Position numbers and translations under genes: made by a program
In this document: positions 56,301 to 64,000 of the stretch, piece after piece
Numbering within the stretch: position 1 is the stretch's first letter
Layout: each line of letters begins with the position of its first letter
Source of the DNA: Armatimonadetes bacterium UBA5352
GTDB taxonomy: Bacteria; Armatimonadota; Zipacnadia; Zipacnadales; UBA5352
Reading direction: 5' to 3'
Assembly: GCA_002411015.1 (NCBI GenBank)
Contig: DHPY01000074.1
Location: forward strand, 4,126-68,125
DNA length: 64,000 nucleotides
Notes under the pieces: generated by a model
Database searches by the model: none
Told to the model about the DNA's origin: nothing
Seen by the model: the letters and a program-made list of their open reading frames with translations, nothing else

Positions 56301-57545
56301 GACCTGAAGCTGAGCCGCGCGGGCGCCATGCAGGGCGCGATCGCCGCCTTCGATGACGCGGCGGATACCTTCACCACCGAGGTGCTTCTGCCAGAGGGCG
56401 AAGCGCTGCGCGGTCAGCAACTCATCGTGGCGGGCCGCGTGGATGGCGCGTATGCGATCGATCGCGTCGAGCGCACGGCCGCCGGGAGCCTCGTGCACCT
56501 TGCAGATGAGCCGATCATCCGCGTGGAGGCCGGCGACACCTTCAGCGTGCCGAGCGTCGTGGAGGTCTCACGCCTCGAGGACGGGACGTGGAGTGTCCGC
56601 GCCGACTGCGACGTGGAGACGGAGCTGCCGCGCCCGGCGACCTTCAACTCGCGCGTGATGCTCCGCTCCGGCGCGGGCTGGACGGAGTTGCCGCACGAGC
56701 GCACCAACGGCGCCGTCGGCTTCCGCATCCCCGCATCCGGCCTGCACGGCGGCCCGGCGATCCTGCTGCTCACCAACGGAGACGTCGACCTCAGTGACAG
56801 TACGCCGCCCGCGGTGGAGCGCGTGCTCATCGATGGCGTCCCATGCCCGACCGCGCTGCAGCCGGGCGTCGCCGACCTCGGCTTCGTCTCCGAACCCCGG
56901 ACGATCGCGGTGGAGCTGCGCGATGCCGCGAACACGCTCCACGGCGACCCGGTCGTCGCCCTGCTCGGCGCCGATGCGCGCTACACCGTGAGGATCGTGC
57001 CCGACCGCAACGATCCGCGACGCGCGACCGCGCTGATCCGTCTGCGCGACCTTCCTGAGGGGCAGTACGATCTGCGCCTGACGGCATTTGACCGCGCGGC
57101 GAACGAGGCGAAGCTGGCACTGCGCTTCAACACTCGCGGCCTGGTCTCCATGGCGGGGGAGCTGCGGGTCGCCGGCAGCTCCGGCAAGGTCAGCAAGCCG
57201 CTCGAGGAGCTCGGCACACAGTTCTACCGCGCGGAGGCGCCGGGCGACTTCATTGAGTATGACCTCTATGTACCGGAGAGCGGGCGCTACGATCTGACGC
57301 TGATAGCCTCCGGTAACCCGAGCTACGCGACCATCCAGCCGAGCCTCGACGGGCAGGCGCTGGGCGAGCCGGTCGACTGCTACCGTGCTTCGCTCGACAC
57401 CACTGGCGTCGTGGCGACGCTGGGAACGCACGATCTGGCGGCAGGCCCCCACCGGCTGCGGCTGGAGGTTGTCGGGAAGAACGAGCTTGGGAGCGACTAC
57501 TTCATCGCCTGGCACAGCATCGCGCTGCGTCCGGCGGGAGACTGA
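53400..57545 (+). CDS. Secreted CBM4/9-like + heparinase II/III-like polysaccharide lyase family protein (about 1380 aa)
   Basis: Start is ambiguous (TTG 53379, GTG 53391 or GTG 53400). 53400 gives the signal peptide RSLTLILSVFAAVGCISLAQG. The N-terminal CBM-like module is NLELLGAESFE...GDRSLHL.... The Hepar_II_III signature is GHAHADKLNFAFWAHGRELVTDLGY...AHNELLVDG. The C-terminal region is beta-rich. Confidence 0.8.
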   Translation: MRSLTLILSVFAAVGCISLAQGQTEPNLELLGAESFEAAAVGALPEGWSVEFGREEDVAVTGAEAYEGDRSLHLVDSSQTASTGLRSPRMQVEPGSAYWVRAWWLGDAGNNASVYIEYWDATGTRMQEHVRSYGVSGTGRWSRLLTSSVAPEGAVAATVLLYSSSTVTTDGYFDAVEFGVGVPVLFDRTPQPPAEVDHPVGLYTDADIQRAKQNIERHEWAQREFDAIKSRCEWWMNLPDEEIATWIPEGTPFRVCDCPNCGAAWGVGPWTFLSDGRTQCKRCDTIYPNEKFPETGVEEHVNPLGQREQINSYVDADGKRFRLEGLRKYGRINKLGNLGWLGRAYALTGDTAYAEKVRNVLLRLAEVYPAYIAHDWYNIYPDYSNLQSGKMSGWKLHDATTFIELCLAYDLTVESGVYSDEDRSLIEEGAFREAGRLLTSTSPRGYCVNDGPFLMAAGGYIGKLLGEHDYVAWAIEPPNGFFGFIEENFWRDGHWEDGSPSYELMALNKFYVLPEIMQGYTDPPSYEGRDRYENLDMLANPLLSKVLVAGMYVTSPDGHQPANNDSTFGANYPARHAEENYFWFPTERNLRLMAHAYRGNASDTGSDYSLFRRDPGLSFDDVEPLDAAAESLVRPGLGWAILRAGEGAEQVMTLLDFGPVRGHAHADKLNFAFWAHGRELVTDLGYLGARHHYQPWLRAPAAHNELLVDGDAPKMAAGELQSFAPGEFAQSIRAAAPAVYDQVERYERTLTMVAPPGGPAYLVDVFDVSGGERHLMAFHGDGESFSSPLEFAPDETEFITTKAESGDWIRSQERATPDGSFTADWRIAAEDSPGVRLTVLDDAAAAWHITAPGLRDRSNTWGDTTFHGLLWEQPGPTSRFVSVIEAVNGSPRLRSIERIATSSPIATGVRVERDGAADYVFVSDTTEPVTATEPAGLQFAGRQAIVSIRDGQPVFARLVEGTSLTLGDLKLSRAGAMQGAIAAFDDAADTFTTEVLLPEGEALRGQQLIVAGRVDGAYAIDRVERTAAGSLVHLADEPIIRVEAGDTFSVPSVVEVSRLEDGTWSVRADCDVETELPRPATFNSRVMLRSGAGWTELPHERTNGAVGFRIPASGLHGGPAILLLTNGDVDLSDSTPPAVERVLIDGVPCPTALQPGVADLGFVSEPRTIAVELRDAANTLHGDPVVALLGADARYTVRIVPDRNDPRRATALIRLRDLPEGQYDLRLTAFDRAANEAKLALRFNTRGLVSMAGELRVAGSSGKVSKPLEELGTQFYRAEAPGDFIEYDLYVPESGRYDLTLIASGNPSYATIQPSLDGQALGEPVDCYRASLDTTGVVATLGTHDLAAGPHRLRLEVVGKNELGSDYFIAWHSIALRPAGD

Positions 57546-57562
57546 CACACAGGGAGACGCCA

Positions 57563-60304
57563 ATGAACCGCGCGATGCACGTTGTCGCACTGATTGCGGG
57601 AGTGACCGTGATGGCGGCCGGCACAGGGCTCGCCCAGGAGACGAACATGACCGGGCTGATGGCGCACCCTTGCGTGCTGGTCAACCCGGAGATGGTGGAG
57701 GGCCTGCGCCAGCGCGCGGCGGATGCAGAGATCAACCGCTTCGGCTTCTCCACCACGGAGGTCTGGCAGGAGCACCTCGCTCTGGCTGATCGCTTCCTGA
57801 ACGCGGCGCCGTACCGCTACAGCGTCGAGCTTCCGACCGGCACCGGGCAGCCAGGCGTGCCGTGGGAGTACACGCTCAGCGATGAGGAGCCGCCCCGCCA
57901 CCCGGGCATCAACTACCCGCCCTGGACCGCGATGACCCAGGAGCAGCGCGATGACGCCATCACCGTGCGCCTGAAGGCGCTCTCCTTCGCCTACCTCATC
58001 ACGCAGGAGCAGCGCTACGCGGAGGCTGCGAAGCAGATCGCGCTGAACCTGGCGGCGTGGGATTACTGGACCGACCCGGACTACGGCGGCGGTATCGCCT
58101 GCCTCGACACCGGGCACATCACCAAGTGCATGGGCATCTTCTATGACTGGTGCTACGACACCCTCAGCGACGATGAGCGTGCGAACATCCGCGAGTCGAT
58201 CGCGGTCAAGGGCTGCGACACCATCATGGCCGGCATCGACCGCTACCCGCCGGAGACGAACGGCTACGCGGTGCTGGCCGCGGGCCTTGGCGCTGGAGGG
58301 CTGGCGATCCGCCCCGAGGACTCGCGCGGCGGCGTCTACCTCCAGCGAGCGATTGACGCCACCGCGACCTCGCTGGACCTCTCCGGCGAGGACGGCGGGC
58401 TCTTCGAGGGGCCGATGTACGGGACCTACCTGCTCGACAGCCTCGCGCATGTGCTCGATGCGGTGGTCGCGGCGCGCGTCGAGACGGACCTCATGCAGCA
58501 CCCGTTCCTCGCCACGATGGAGGAGTACGTCATCTCGCAGATGGCGCCCGGCAGCTACCAGATGCCGGTCTTCGGCGATGGCAGCCCCGGGCGCTTCTAC
58601 CCCGAGACCATGTCCGTCCTCGCGAACAACGGGAGCCGCGCCGCCGCGTGGTACCTCGAGCGGATAGGGCAGCTTCGGCCCTACACGATCCACCAGTTCA
58701 TGCGCTTCGATCCAGAGGCGCTGCAGCCCGAGCAGCCGCAGTTCAACCCCTCACGGGTGCTCGTGGACCTAGGCCTCGTCTCGCTGAAGACGGGCTACGA
58801 GCCTCACACGCCCTACCTGAGCATGAAGTCCGGCCCGCCGGAGACCAGCGTCGGGCACGCGCACTTTGACTCGAACGCGATTGTGCTGAGCTTCATTGGC
58901 GAGTGGTTGATCTCCGACCGCGGCTACGCCGCCCGGTACAATCCGCCCGCTGAGAAGTTCACGCGGGGCTCGATGGGCCACTCGACGCTCGTGCTCGATG
59001 CCGATGAGACCTACAGGCAGGACGTGACGAGCCCCGCGCCGGGACATGAACAGATCTCCCGCACCGGCGGTCGAATCGAGGAGTTCTTCTCCTCCGACGC
59101 GACCGACTACGTGCGCGGCGAGGCGGCCGCGACCTACAACACCGACGACCTGCACGTGCTGGATCGCTTCGCGCGGCAGGTGTTCTACCTCAAGCCCCAC
59201 CTCTACGTGATCGTGGATGACATCGCGGCACCCGAGGAGCACGCCTACACAGTGACGCTCCAGGCGCCCACGAACGGGATCATCCGGCAGACGGAGGGCC
59301 ACAACTGGACGATCTCCGGCTCGGTCGCGAGGCTCGACTGCTTCCTTGCGAGCCCGCAGGGACTGGCGACTGAGGCGCTCACCTACCCCGGCGCGGAGTC
59401 CTACGGCAGCTACATCGCCGCCACCACCGACCGCACGCGCAATGCCCGGATCGTCACGCTGCTCTACCCGGATGTCTACGCTGAGGGCGGGCTGCTCGCG
59501 AACCCGGGCTTCGAGAACGGGATGGTCGGCTGGAAGCCGCGCGCGAACGAGGACCTGCCGAACCACGTGATCGATGAGCAGGTCGCGCACTCCGGAGACG
59601 CTTCCGGGCGCATAGACCGCTCCGGCTACTACTACTCCGGCCGCATCGAGGTAAAGCCCGGCGACACCGTCCATGCCAGCGCGTGGCTGCGGACGCAGGG
59701 GGTCTCCGAGAAGGGAGCGAGCCTCCGCATCCACTGGTGGAACGCGCAGAGCAAGTGCTTCGCCACCGAGGGCACCGGCGACCTGGCCCCCGAGGACTGG
59801 ACGCAGGTCGAGGTCACGGGAGCTGCGCCCGAGGGCGCGACGGGCGCCGACATCGGCCTCTACTTCACCGATCCCACAGGCGTCGTCTGGTGGGATGACG
59901 TGGTGCTTGAGGCGGACATCGAGCGCGACGTCGTGGTGCGCGCGCCGCTGAGCGGTGTCACGCCACTCGAAGAGGGGGCGCGCGGGATCGCGGCGACGGT
60001 CGGCGATGAGCGGCTGGCGGTCGTCACGGCCGGCGGGCCCGTCGAGATCGGCGGCGCGACCATCGCTCATGACGGCGCCTTCGCGGCGGTCACGCTCGCG
60101 GATGGCGGCTGGAGCACGCTCTACCTCCAGGGCGGGACGCAGCTTAGCATCGACGGCGAGACCGTGCTGACGCTTCCCGCGCAGGGAACGATCAGCGTCT
60201 GGCGGGACGAGGCGGGAGAGATCCGCTCGCAGATGTACGAGTCGCTCGCGCCTCATGCTGAGCCCGTCGAGGCCGACTTCGCGCTCCCCGGGGAGGCGGG
60301 ATGA
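57563..60304 (+). CDS. Secreted heparinase II/III-like (DUF4962-type N-terminus) polysaccharide lyase family protein with a C-terminal CBM4/9-like module
   Basis: AGGGAGA RBS and signal peptide. Contains VGHAHFDSNAIVLSFIGEWLISDRGY...GHSTLVLD. The C-terminal module is ANPGFENGMVGWKP...WWDDVVLE. Confidence 0.85.
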   Translation: MNRAMHVVALIAGVTVMAAGTGLAQETNMTGLMAHPCVLVNPEMVEGLRQRAADAEINRFGFSTTEVWQEHLALADRFLNAAPYRYSVELPTGTGQPGVPWEYTLSDEEPPRHPGINYPPWTAMTQEQRDDAITVRLKALSFAYLITQEQRYAEAAKQIALNLAAWDYWTDPDYGGGIACLDTGHITKCMGIFYDWCYDTLSDDERANIRESIAVKGCDTIMAGIDRYPPETNGYAVLAAGLGAGGLAIRPEDSRGGVYLQRAIDATATSLDLSGEDGGLFEGPMYGTYLLDSLAHVLDAVVAARVETDLMQHPFLATMEEYVISQMAPGSYQMPVFGDGSPGRFYPETMSVLANNGSRAAAWYLERIGQLRPYTIHQFMRFDPEALQPEQPQFNPSRVLVDLGLVSLKTGYEPHTPYLSMKSGPPETSVGHAHFDSNAIVLSFIGEWLISDRGYAARYNPPAEKFTRGSMGHSTLVLDADETYRQDVTSPAPGHEQISRTGGRIEEFFSSDATDYVRGEAAATYNTDDLHVLDRFARQVFYLKPHLYVIVDDIAAPEEHAYTVTLQAPTNGIIRQTEGHNWTISGSVARLDCFLASPQGLATEALTYPGAESYGSYIAATTDRTRNARIVTLLYPDVYAEGGLLANPGFENGMVGWKPRANEDLPNHVIDEQVAHSGDASGRIDRSGYYYSGRIEVKPGDTVHASAWLRTQGVSEKGASLRIHWWNAQSKCFATEGTGDLAPEDWTQVEVTGAAPEGATGADIGLYFTDPTGVVWWDDVVLEADIERDVVVRAPLSGVTPLEEGARGIAATVGDERLAVVTAGGPVEIGGATIAHDGAFAAVTLADGGWSTLYLQGGTQLSIDGETVLTLPAQGTISVWRDEAGEIRSQMYESLAPHAEPVEADFALPGEAG

Positions 60305-61206
60305 TGATCGACCGCGACGTGATCTCATCCGCGATGTACGAGGCCATGCGGCTGGCGGCGACACAACTGCCACCGGATGTCGATGCCGCGCTGGTGGCCG
60401 CGCTGGAGGCGGAGAGCGATCCGCTCGCGCGCAGGCACATCGAGGTGAGCCTCGAGAACGCCCGCGCGGCCGCCGAGGGCGAGGGGCTCGTCTGCGCGGA
60501 CACCGGCTTCCCGCTCTTCTTCATCACCGCGGGCAGCCGCACGCAGATCGAGGGCGGCTTCGGCGCGCTGCATGACGCTGCCGCCGAGGCGACCGGCCGC
60601 GCCACCGCGGATGCCTACCTCCGACCGACGATGGTGGACCCGCTCACCCGCGCGAACCCCGGCGACAACATCGGCCCCGGCATGCCGCGGGTGCTGCTGA
60701 GCTTCGAGGGCGATGGCGACGGGCTGGAGATCACCGCCGCGCCCAAGGGCGGCGGCAGTGAGATCTTCGGCACGTTCTACCGCATGATGTACCCCTCGGA
60801 TGGCGAGGCCGGCATCCTGAGCTTCGTGCTCGACGCCATCCGCGAGGGCTGCTACGCCGGGAAGATCTGCCCGCCCGCGATCGTCGGCGTCGGGATCGGT
60901 GGCACCGCCGACCTGTGCATGGCGCTCGCGAAGGAGGCCGCGGTGCTCCGTCCGATCGGCGTGGCGAACCCCGACCCGAACGTGGCTGCGCTCGAGCGCA
61001 AGCTCTTCGACGCAGCACGCAACCTCGGCATCGGCGCGATGGGCGCGGCAGGCACGAGCGCGGTGATGGCCGTCAACGTCGAGACCGCGGTCACGCACAC
61101 GGCCGCCCTCCCGGTCGCCGTCAACGCCCAGTGCCTCGTCGGCCGGCGCTGGCGCGCGAGCATCTCAGCCAGTGGCGATGTCAGCTTCACGGGTGATCCG
61201 GCATGA
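60301..61206 (+). CDS. Fe-S hydro-lyase, tartrate/fumarate subfamily, alpha subunit
   Basis: Contains LVCADTGFPLFFI, ITAAPKGGGSE, the CPPAIVGVGIGGTAD pattern and ALPVAVN.QC. Its ATGA overlaps the lyase stop. Confidence 0.85.
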   Translation: MMIDRDVISSAMYEAMRLAATQLPPDVDAALVAALEAESDPLARRHIEVSLENARAAAEGEGLVCADTGFPLFFITAGSRTQIEGGFGALHDAAAEATGRATADAYLRPTMVDPLTRANPGDNIGPGMPRVLLSFEGDGDGLEITAAPKGGGSEIFGTFYRMMYPSDGEAGILSFVLDAIREGCYAGKICPPAIVGVGIGGTADLCMALAKEAAVLRPIGVANPDPNVAALERKLFDAARNLGIGAMGAAGTSAVMAVNVETAVTHTAALPVAVNAQCLVGRRWRASISASGDVSFTGDPA

Positions 61207-61838
61207 ATGAGACCGTCCGCGACCTCACGCTTCCGCTCTCCGAGGATGATGCGCGAGGCCTCGAGCTTGGCGAGACCTTGACCGTCAGCGGCCTCGTCTT
61301 CACCGGCCGCAGCCGCCTGCACATCCGCGCGATCGAGCAGGGCATCCTCCCGCCGCTCGACTTCAGCGCGATCAACTGCTTCTTCCACGTCGGCCCGGTG
61401 ATGCGCCAGACCGAACCCGGCTGGGAGGTCGTGAGCATCGAGCCAACCTCCAGCATCCGCTTCGAACGCTACTCGCCCGCGCTGGTGCGCAAGCTCGGCC
61501 TGCGCACGCTCATCGGCAAGACCACGATGGGCCCCGGCACCGCCGAGGCACTGCGTGAGGTTGGCGGGGTGCATCTGAGCAAGATCGGCGTCTGCGGCAA
61601 CCTCCTCCGCCGCCAGGTGAAGCGCGTGGTTGAGGTGCACTTCCTCGAGGAACTCGGCAAGACCGAGGCCACCTGGGTGTTCGAGGTCGAGCGCTTCGGC
61701 CCGTTCTTCGTGGACATTGACGCGACCGGCCGCAACTACTTCGCCGAGCTTGACGCCCACAGCCGCGAGCGCCTGGCCGCCATGCGCGGCGAACTCGGCA
61801 TCCCCGAGGACTTCGCCTACACGGAGGTCAACCCGTGA
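61203..61838 (+). CDS. Fe-S hydro-lyase, tartrate/fumarate subfamily, beta subunit
   Basis: Contains LTVSGLVFTGRSRLHIRA, FHVGPV, LIGKTTMG and WVFEVERFGPFFVDIDATGRN. ATGA overlap with the alpha subunit. Confidence 0.85.
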   Translation: MNETVRDLTLPLSEDDARGLELGETLTVSGLVFTGRSRLHIRAIEQGILPPLDFSAINCFFHVGPVMRQTEPGWEVVSIEPTSSIRFERYSPALVRKLGLRTLIGKTTMGPGTAEALREVGGVHLSKIGVCGNLLRRQVKRVVEVHFLEELGKTEATWVFEVERFGPFFVDIDATGRNYFAELDAHSRERLAAMRGELGIPEDFAYTEVNP

Positions 61839-63205
61839 GCGAGACCACGCTGCGGATCGCCTCGCTCAACGGCCTCCTCGGCTACGGCTACCCGCGGGAG
61901 AGCCTGCAGCGGGCGCTGGCCATGCAGCCGGATCTGCTGGGCGTGGATGCAGGCTCCACCGACCCTGGCCCCTACTACCTTGGCGCGGGGGAGAGCTTCG
62001 TCAGCGACGCACAGGTGCGCAGTGACCTCGAGCCCGCCCTCTGCGCGGCCGTCGAGCACGGCCTGCCGCTGATCGTTGGCACCGCGGGCGGATCGGGCGC
62101 GCAGCCGCACCTTGAGGGCCTGCTGGCCATCGTCCGGGAGATCTCGGCGCGCCACGGCCTGCGCTTCCGCATGGCGGTGATCCCGGCGGAGGTGCCGCAG
62201 GCGACCGTCCTGCAGGCGCTGCGGGAGGGCCGCGTGACCTCCTGCGGCCCGTCGCATGGGCTGACTGAGGAGCATGTGCGGGCCTGCACGCGGATCGTCG
62301 GGCAGATGGGCACGGAGCCGCTGATCGAAGCGCTCAACGGCGGGGCGCAGGTCATCATCGCCGGGCGCTGCTGCGATGCCGGGATCTTCGCCGCGGAGCC
62401 GATCCGCCGGGGCTTCGACCCGGGGCTCGCGTTGCACATGGGGAAGATCCTGGAGTGCGGGACGCTGGCCGCGCGACCTGCCGGGGCGAACGATGTGCTC
62501 GTTGGCACGATCGGCCCCGACTGGTTCGAGGTCGAGCCCGCCAACCCCGCGAAGCGCTGCACGCCCGAGTCGGTCGCCGCGCACTCGCTCTACGAGCAGC
62601 CCGACCCGAACTGCTTCTACGAGCCCGAGGGCATGGTTGACCTCTCCGGCTGCGAGTTCGAGCAGGTTGGCGAGCGCGCGGTGCGAGTGACGGGCTCGCG
62701 GCTGGTGCCCGCGCAGGAGCAGACCGTGAAGCTCGAGGGCGCGCGCGCGTGCGGCTTCCGCGCGATCACCATCGCCGGGTTGCGCGACCCGCTGATCATC
62801 GAGCGCCTGGGCGAGATCGAGCGCTCCGTGCGAGCTGCGGTCGCGTCCGCGATGGCCGGCACGCTCGCGGCCGAGGAGTTCAGCGTGCGCTTCATCCGCT
62901 ACGGCCTCGACGGCGTCACGGGCGGGATCGAGCCGCCTCCGGAGCCGCTGCCGCGCGAGGTGGGGCTGGTCATCGACGCCCTCGCGCCCACGCAGGAGCT
63001 TGCCGATCGCGTGCTGAAGCTCGCGCGCTCGACGGCCCTGCACCAGCACTTTGACGGCCGCAAGACCACCGCCGGCAACCTCGCGTTCCCGTTCTCACCG
63101 AGCGACTTCAGCGGCGGAGCGGTCTACGAGTTCTCGGTCTACCACCTCATGCGCGTCGCCGATCCACGCGCGCTCTTCCCGGTGGCGTTCGAGGAGGTGG
63201 GCTGA
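61835..63205 (+). CDS. DUF1446 (AtuA-like) family protein
   Basis: Contains RIASLNGLLGYGY, LGVDAGSTDPGPYYLG, IIAGRCCDAGIFAA and HMGKILECG. GTGA overlap with the upstream gene. Confidence 0.8.
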   Translation: MSETTLRIASLNGLLGYGYPRESLQRALAMQPDLLGVDAGSTDPGPYYLGAGESFVSDAQVRSDLEPALCAAVEHGLPLIVGTAGGSGAQPHLEGLLAIVREISARHGLRFRMAVIPAEVPQATVLQALREGRVTSCGPSHGLTEEHVRACTRIVGQMGTEPLIEALNGGAQVIIAGRCCDAGIFAAEPIRRGFDPGLALHMGKILECGTLAARPAGANDVLVGTIGPDWFEVEPANPAKRCTPESVAAHSLYEQPDPNCFYEPEGMVDLSGCEFEQVGERAVRVTGSRLVPAQEQTVKLEGARACGFRAITIAGLRDPLIIERLGEIERSVRAAVASAMAGTLAAEEFSVRFIRYGLDGVTGGIEPPPEPLPREVGLVIDALAPTQELADRVLKLARSTALHQHFDGRKTTAGNLAFPFSPSDFSGGAVYEFSVYHLMRVADPRALFPVAFEEVG

Positions 63206-63507
63206 TGCGCCTGTATGACCTCGCGACGACCATCCGCAGCAAGAACGCCGGCCCGTTCCGGCTGACGATCGACCTCGTGCTGCCCGACGCGACTGCCTTC
63301 GCGCGGGTGCTCGCGGCGGAGGCGATGCGGCCCGAGCGGATCGCGGCGCTCTACGAGGCTCCCGCCGGGGAGGTGCGCGTCATCCCCTTCGAGCGCATCC
63401 TGACGATCAAGGTGACGCTGCCCCGGCAGATCAGCTCGGGCGCGCCCGGCGACCGCGACGTCTACGGCTGCGGCCAGCATTTCCCGCTCGCGAGCCTCGA
63501 CCTCTGA
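63205..63507 (+). CDS. DUF4387-domain protein (usual partner of DUF1446)
   Basis: 100 aa containing LATTIRSKNAGPFRLTIDLVL. 1-nt overlap (TGATG) with the DUF1446 gene. Confidence 0.75.
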   Translation: MRLYDLATTIRSKNAGPFRLTIDLVLPDATAFARVLAAEAMRPERIAALYEAPAGEVRVIPFERILTIKVTLPRQISSGAPGDRDVYGCGQHFPLASLDL

Positions 63508-63513
63508 GCGCCC

Positions 63514-64000
63514 TCAGTCCTGCTTGACGCCGAGCACGCGGCCGAAGGGCACGCGCAGGGAGATCTGCCCGGAGCCGGGCGCGCCGACGCTGACCGTCTT
63601 CTGGTTCACGCGCATGACCTCCGCGTGGTAAAGCGTGCCCCGGTAGCGGAAGTAGACCTGCCCGCCGCAGCACAGGCCGGCCTCGCGAAGCTGAGCGAGG
63701 CGCGACTCGCAGCGCTTCTCACGGAGTGCGCGTTGCTCCTGCGCCTGGTCCGGCCAACCACGGAACTTCGTCGCGCTCCCGTTGAGCGTCATCGCGAGCG
63801 CCTGCTCCACGCGCTCGGCTGAGAGCAGCCCTCGCTCGCCCGCCTCGCGCACAAGCTCCGCGCACGCCTCCCGCCAGACGTCTGAGTGCTTCTCGCGCGG
63901 GCCGACGACGTGGTGTGCAAGCTCGTGGCAGACGATGAAGCTCAGCGTCTCCTCGTCCAGCGGCGGGTGCACCGAGAAGCGGATCCGGCGCAGGCCGTCC
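63514..64000 (-). CDS. SprT-like/DUF45-like zinc metallopeptidase-domain protein (5' end beyond the right window edge)
   Basis: HExxH in FIVCHELAHHVVGPREKHSDVWREA. The reading frame stays open upstream of the first listed Met (...GLRRIRFSVHPPLDEE) to the window end. Confidence 0.6.
   Translation of the reverse strand, partial: DGLRRIRFSVHPPLDEETLSFIVCHELAHHVVGPREKHSDVWREACAELVREAGERGLLSAERVEQALAMTLNGSATKFRGWPDQAQEQRALREKRCESRLAQLREAGLCCGGQVYFRYRGTLYHAEVMRVNQKTVSVGAPGSGQISLRVPFGRVLGVKQD

Noticed and set aside
54612-63049. Minus-strand ORFs 54612-55736, 56568-57590, 57497-58693, 58769-60373, 60325-61098, 60852-61760 and 61817-63049
   Set aside because: All are antisense to motif-supported lyase, Fe-S hydro-lyase and DUF1446 genes. 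They are high-GC frame artefacts.

Overview
High-GC (about two thirds G+C by eye) bacterial chromosomal segment. It is densely coding, with about 50 CDS. Most CDS are preceded by GGAGG-type Shine-Dalgarno sites, and many are translationally coupled through ATGA/GTGA overlaps. I found no rRNA, tRNA, CRISPR array, transposase or integrase. The many long ORFs antisense to real genes are high-GC artefacts. Gene content, left to right: (1) a minus-strand sugar/secondary-metabolism cluster (aldo/keto reductase, URO-D-like, MBL hydrolase, 1228-aa secreted LamG protein, class II aldolase, Gfo/Idh/MocA); (2) an orphan single-TRD HsdS-like gene and a NagB-like gene; (3) a MoxR-DUF58-transglutaminase operon extended by a 923-aa alpha/beta-hydrolase and a DUF4139 protein; (4) a sugar-phosphate isomerase, Mpg glycosylase and an enolase-superfamily enzyme; (5) an ECF sigma / anti-sigma / CarboxypepD_reg / M48 protease module; (6) archease, CapA-like, parvulin PPIase and GNAT; (7) a tightly coupled pair of an unknown 258-aa protein plus a long QueC-like PP-loop ATPase (QatB/QatC-like); (8) a BY-kinase, a DUF3160-like lipoprotein, a DnaA_N-like protein and a tandem-duplicated Cys-rich mini-protein; (9) a lower-GC non-coding stretch with a candidate sRNA; (10) an operon of a polytopic-membrane-DUF362 fusion, a 595-aa orphan and an orphan histidine kinase; (11) a Zn-ADH and gcvT-gcvH-gcvPA-gcvPB; (12) a polysaccharide cluster (GH-like TIM barrel, two CBM-bearing heparinase II/III-like lyases) coupled to a two-subunit Fe-S hydro-lyase and DUF1446/DUF4387. 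The best candidate for an undescribed system is the stand-alone QatB/QatC-like pair at 30144-32254. It lacks the QatA, QatD and CBASS partners, suggesting a minimal nucleobase-protein conjugation module. All family assignments come from motif recognition by eye and need HMM or BLAST confirmation.
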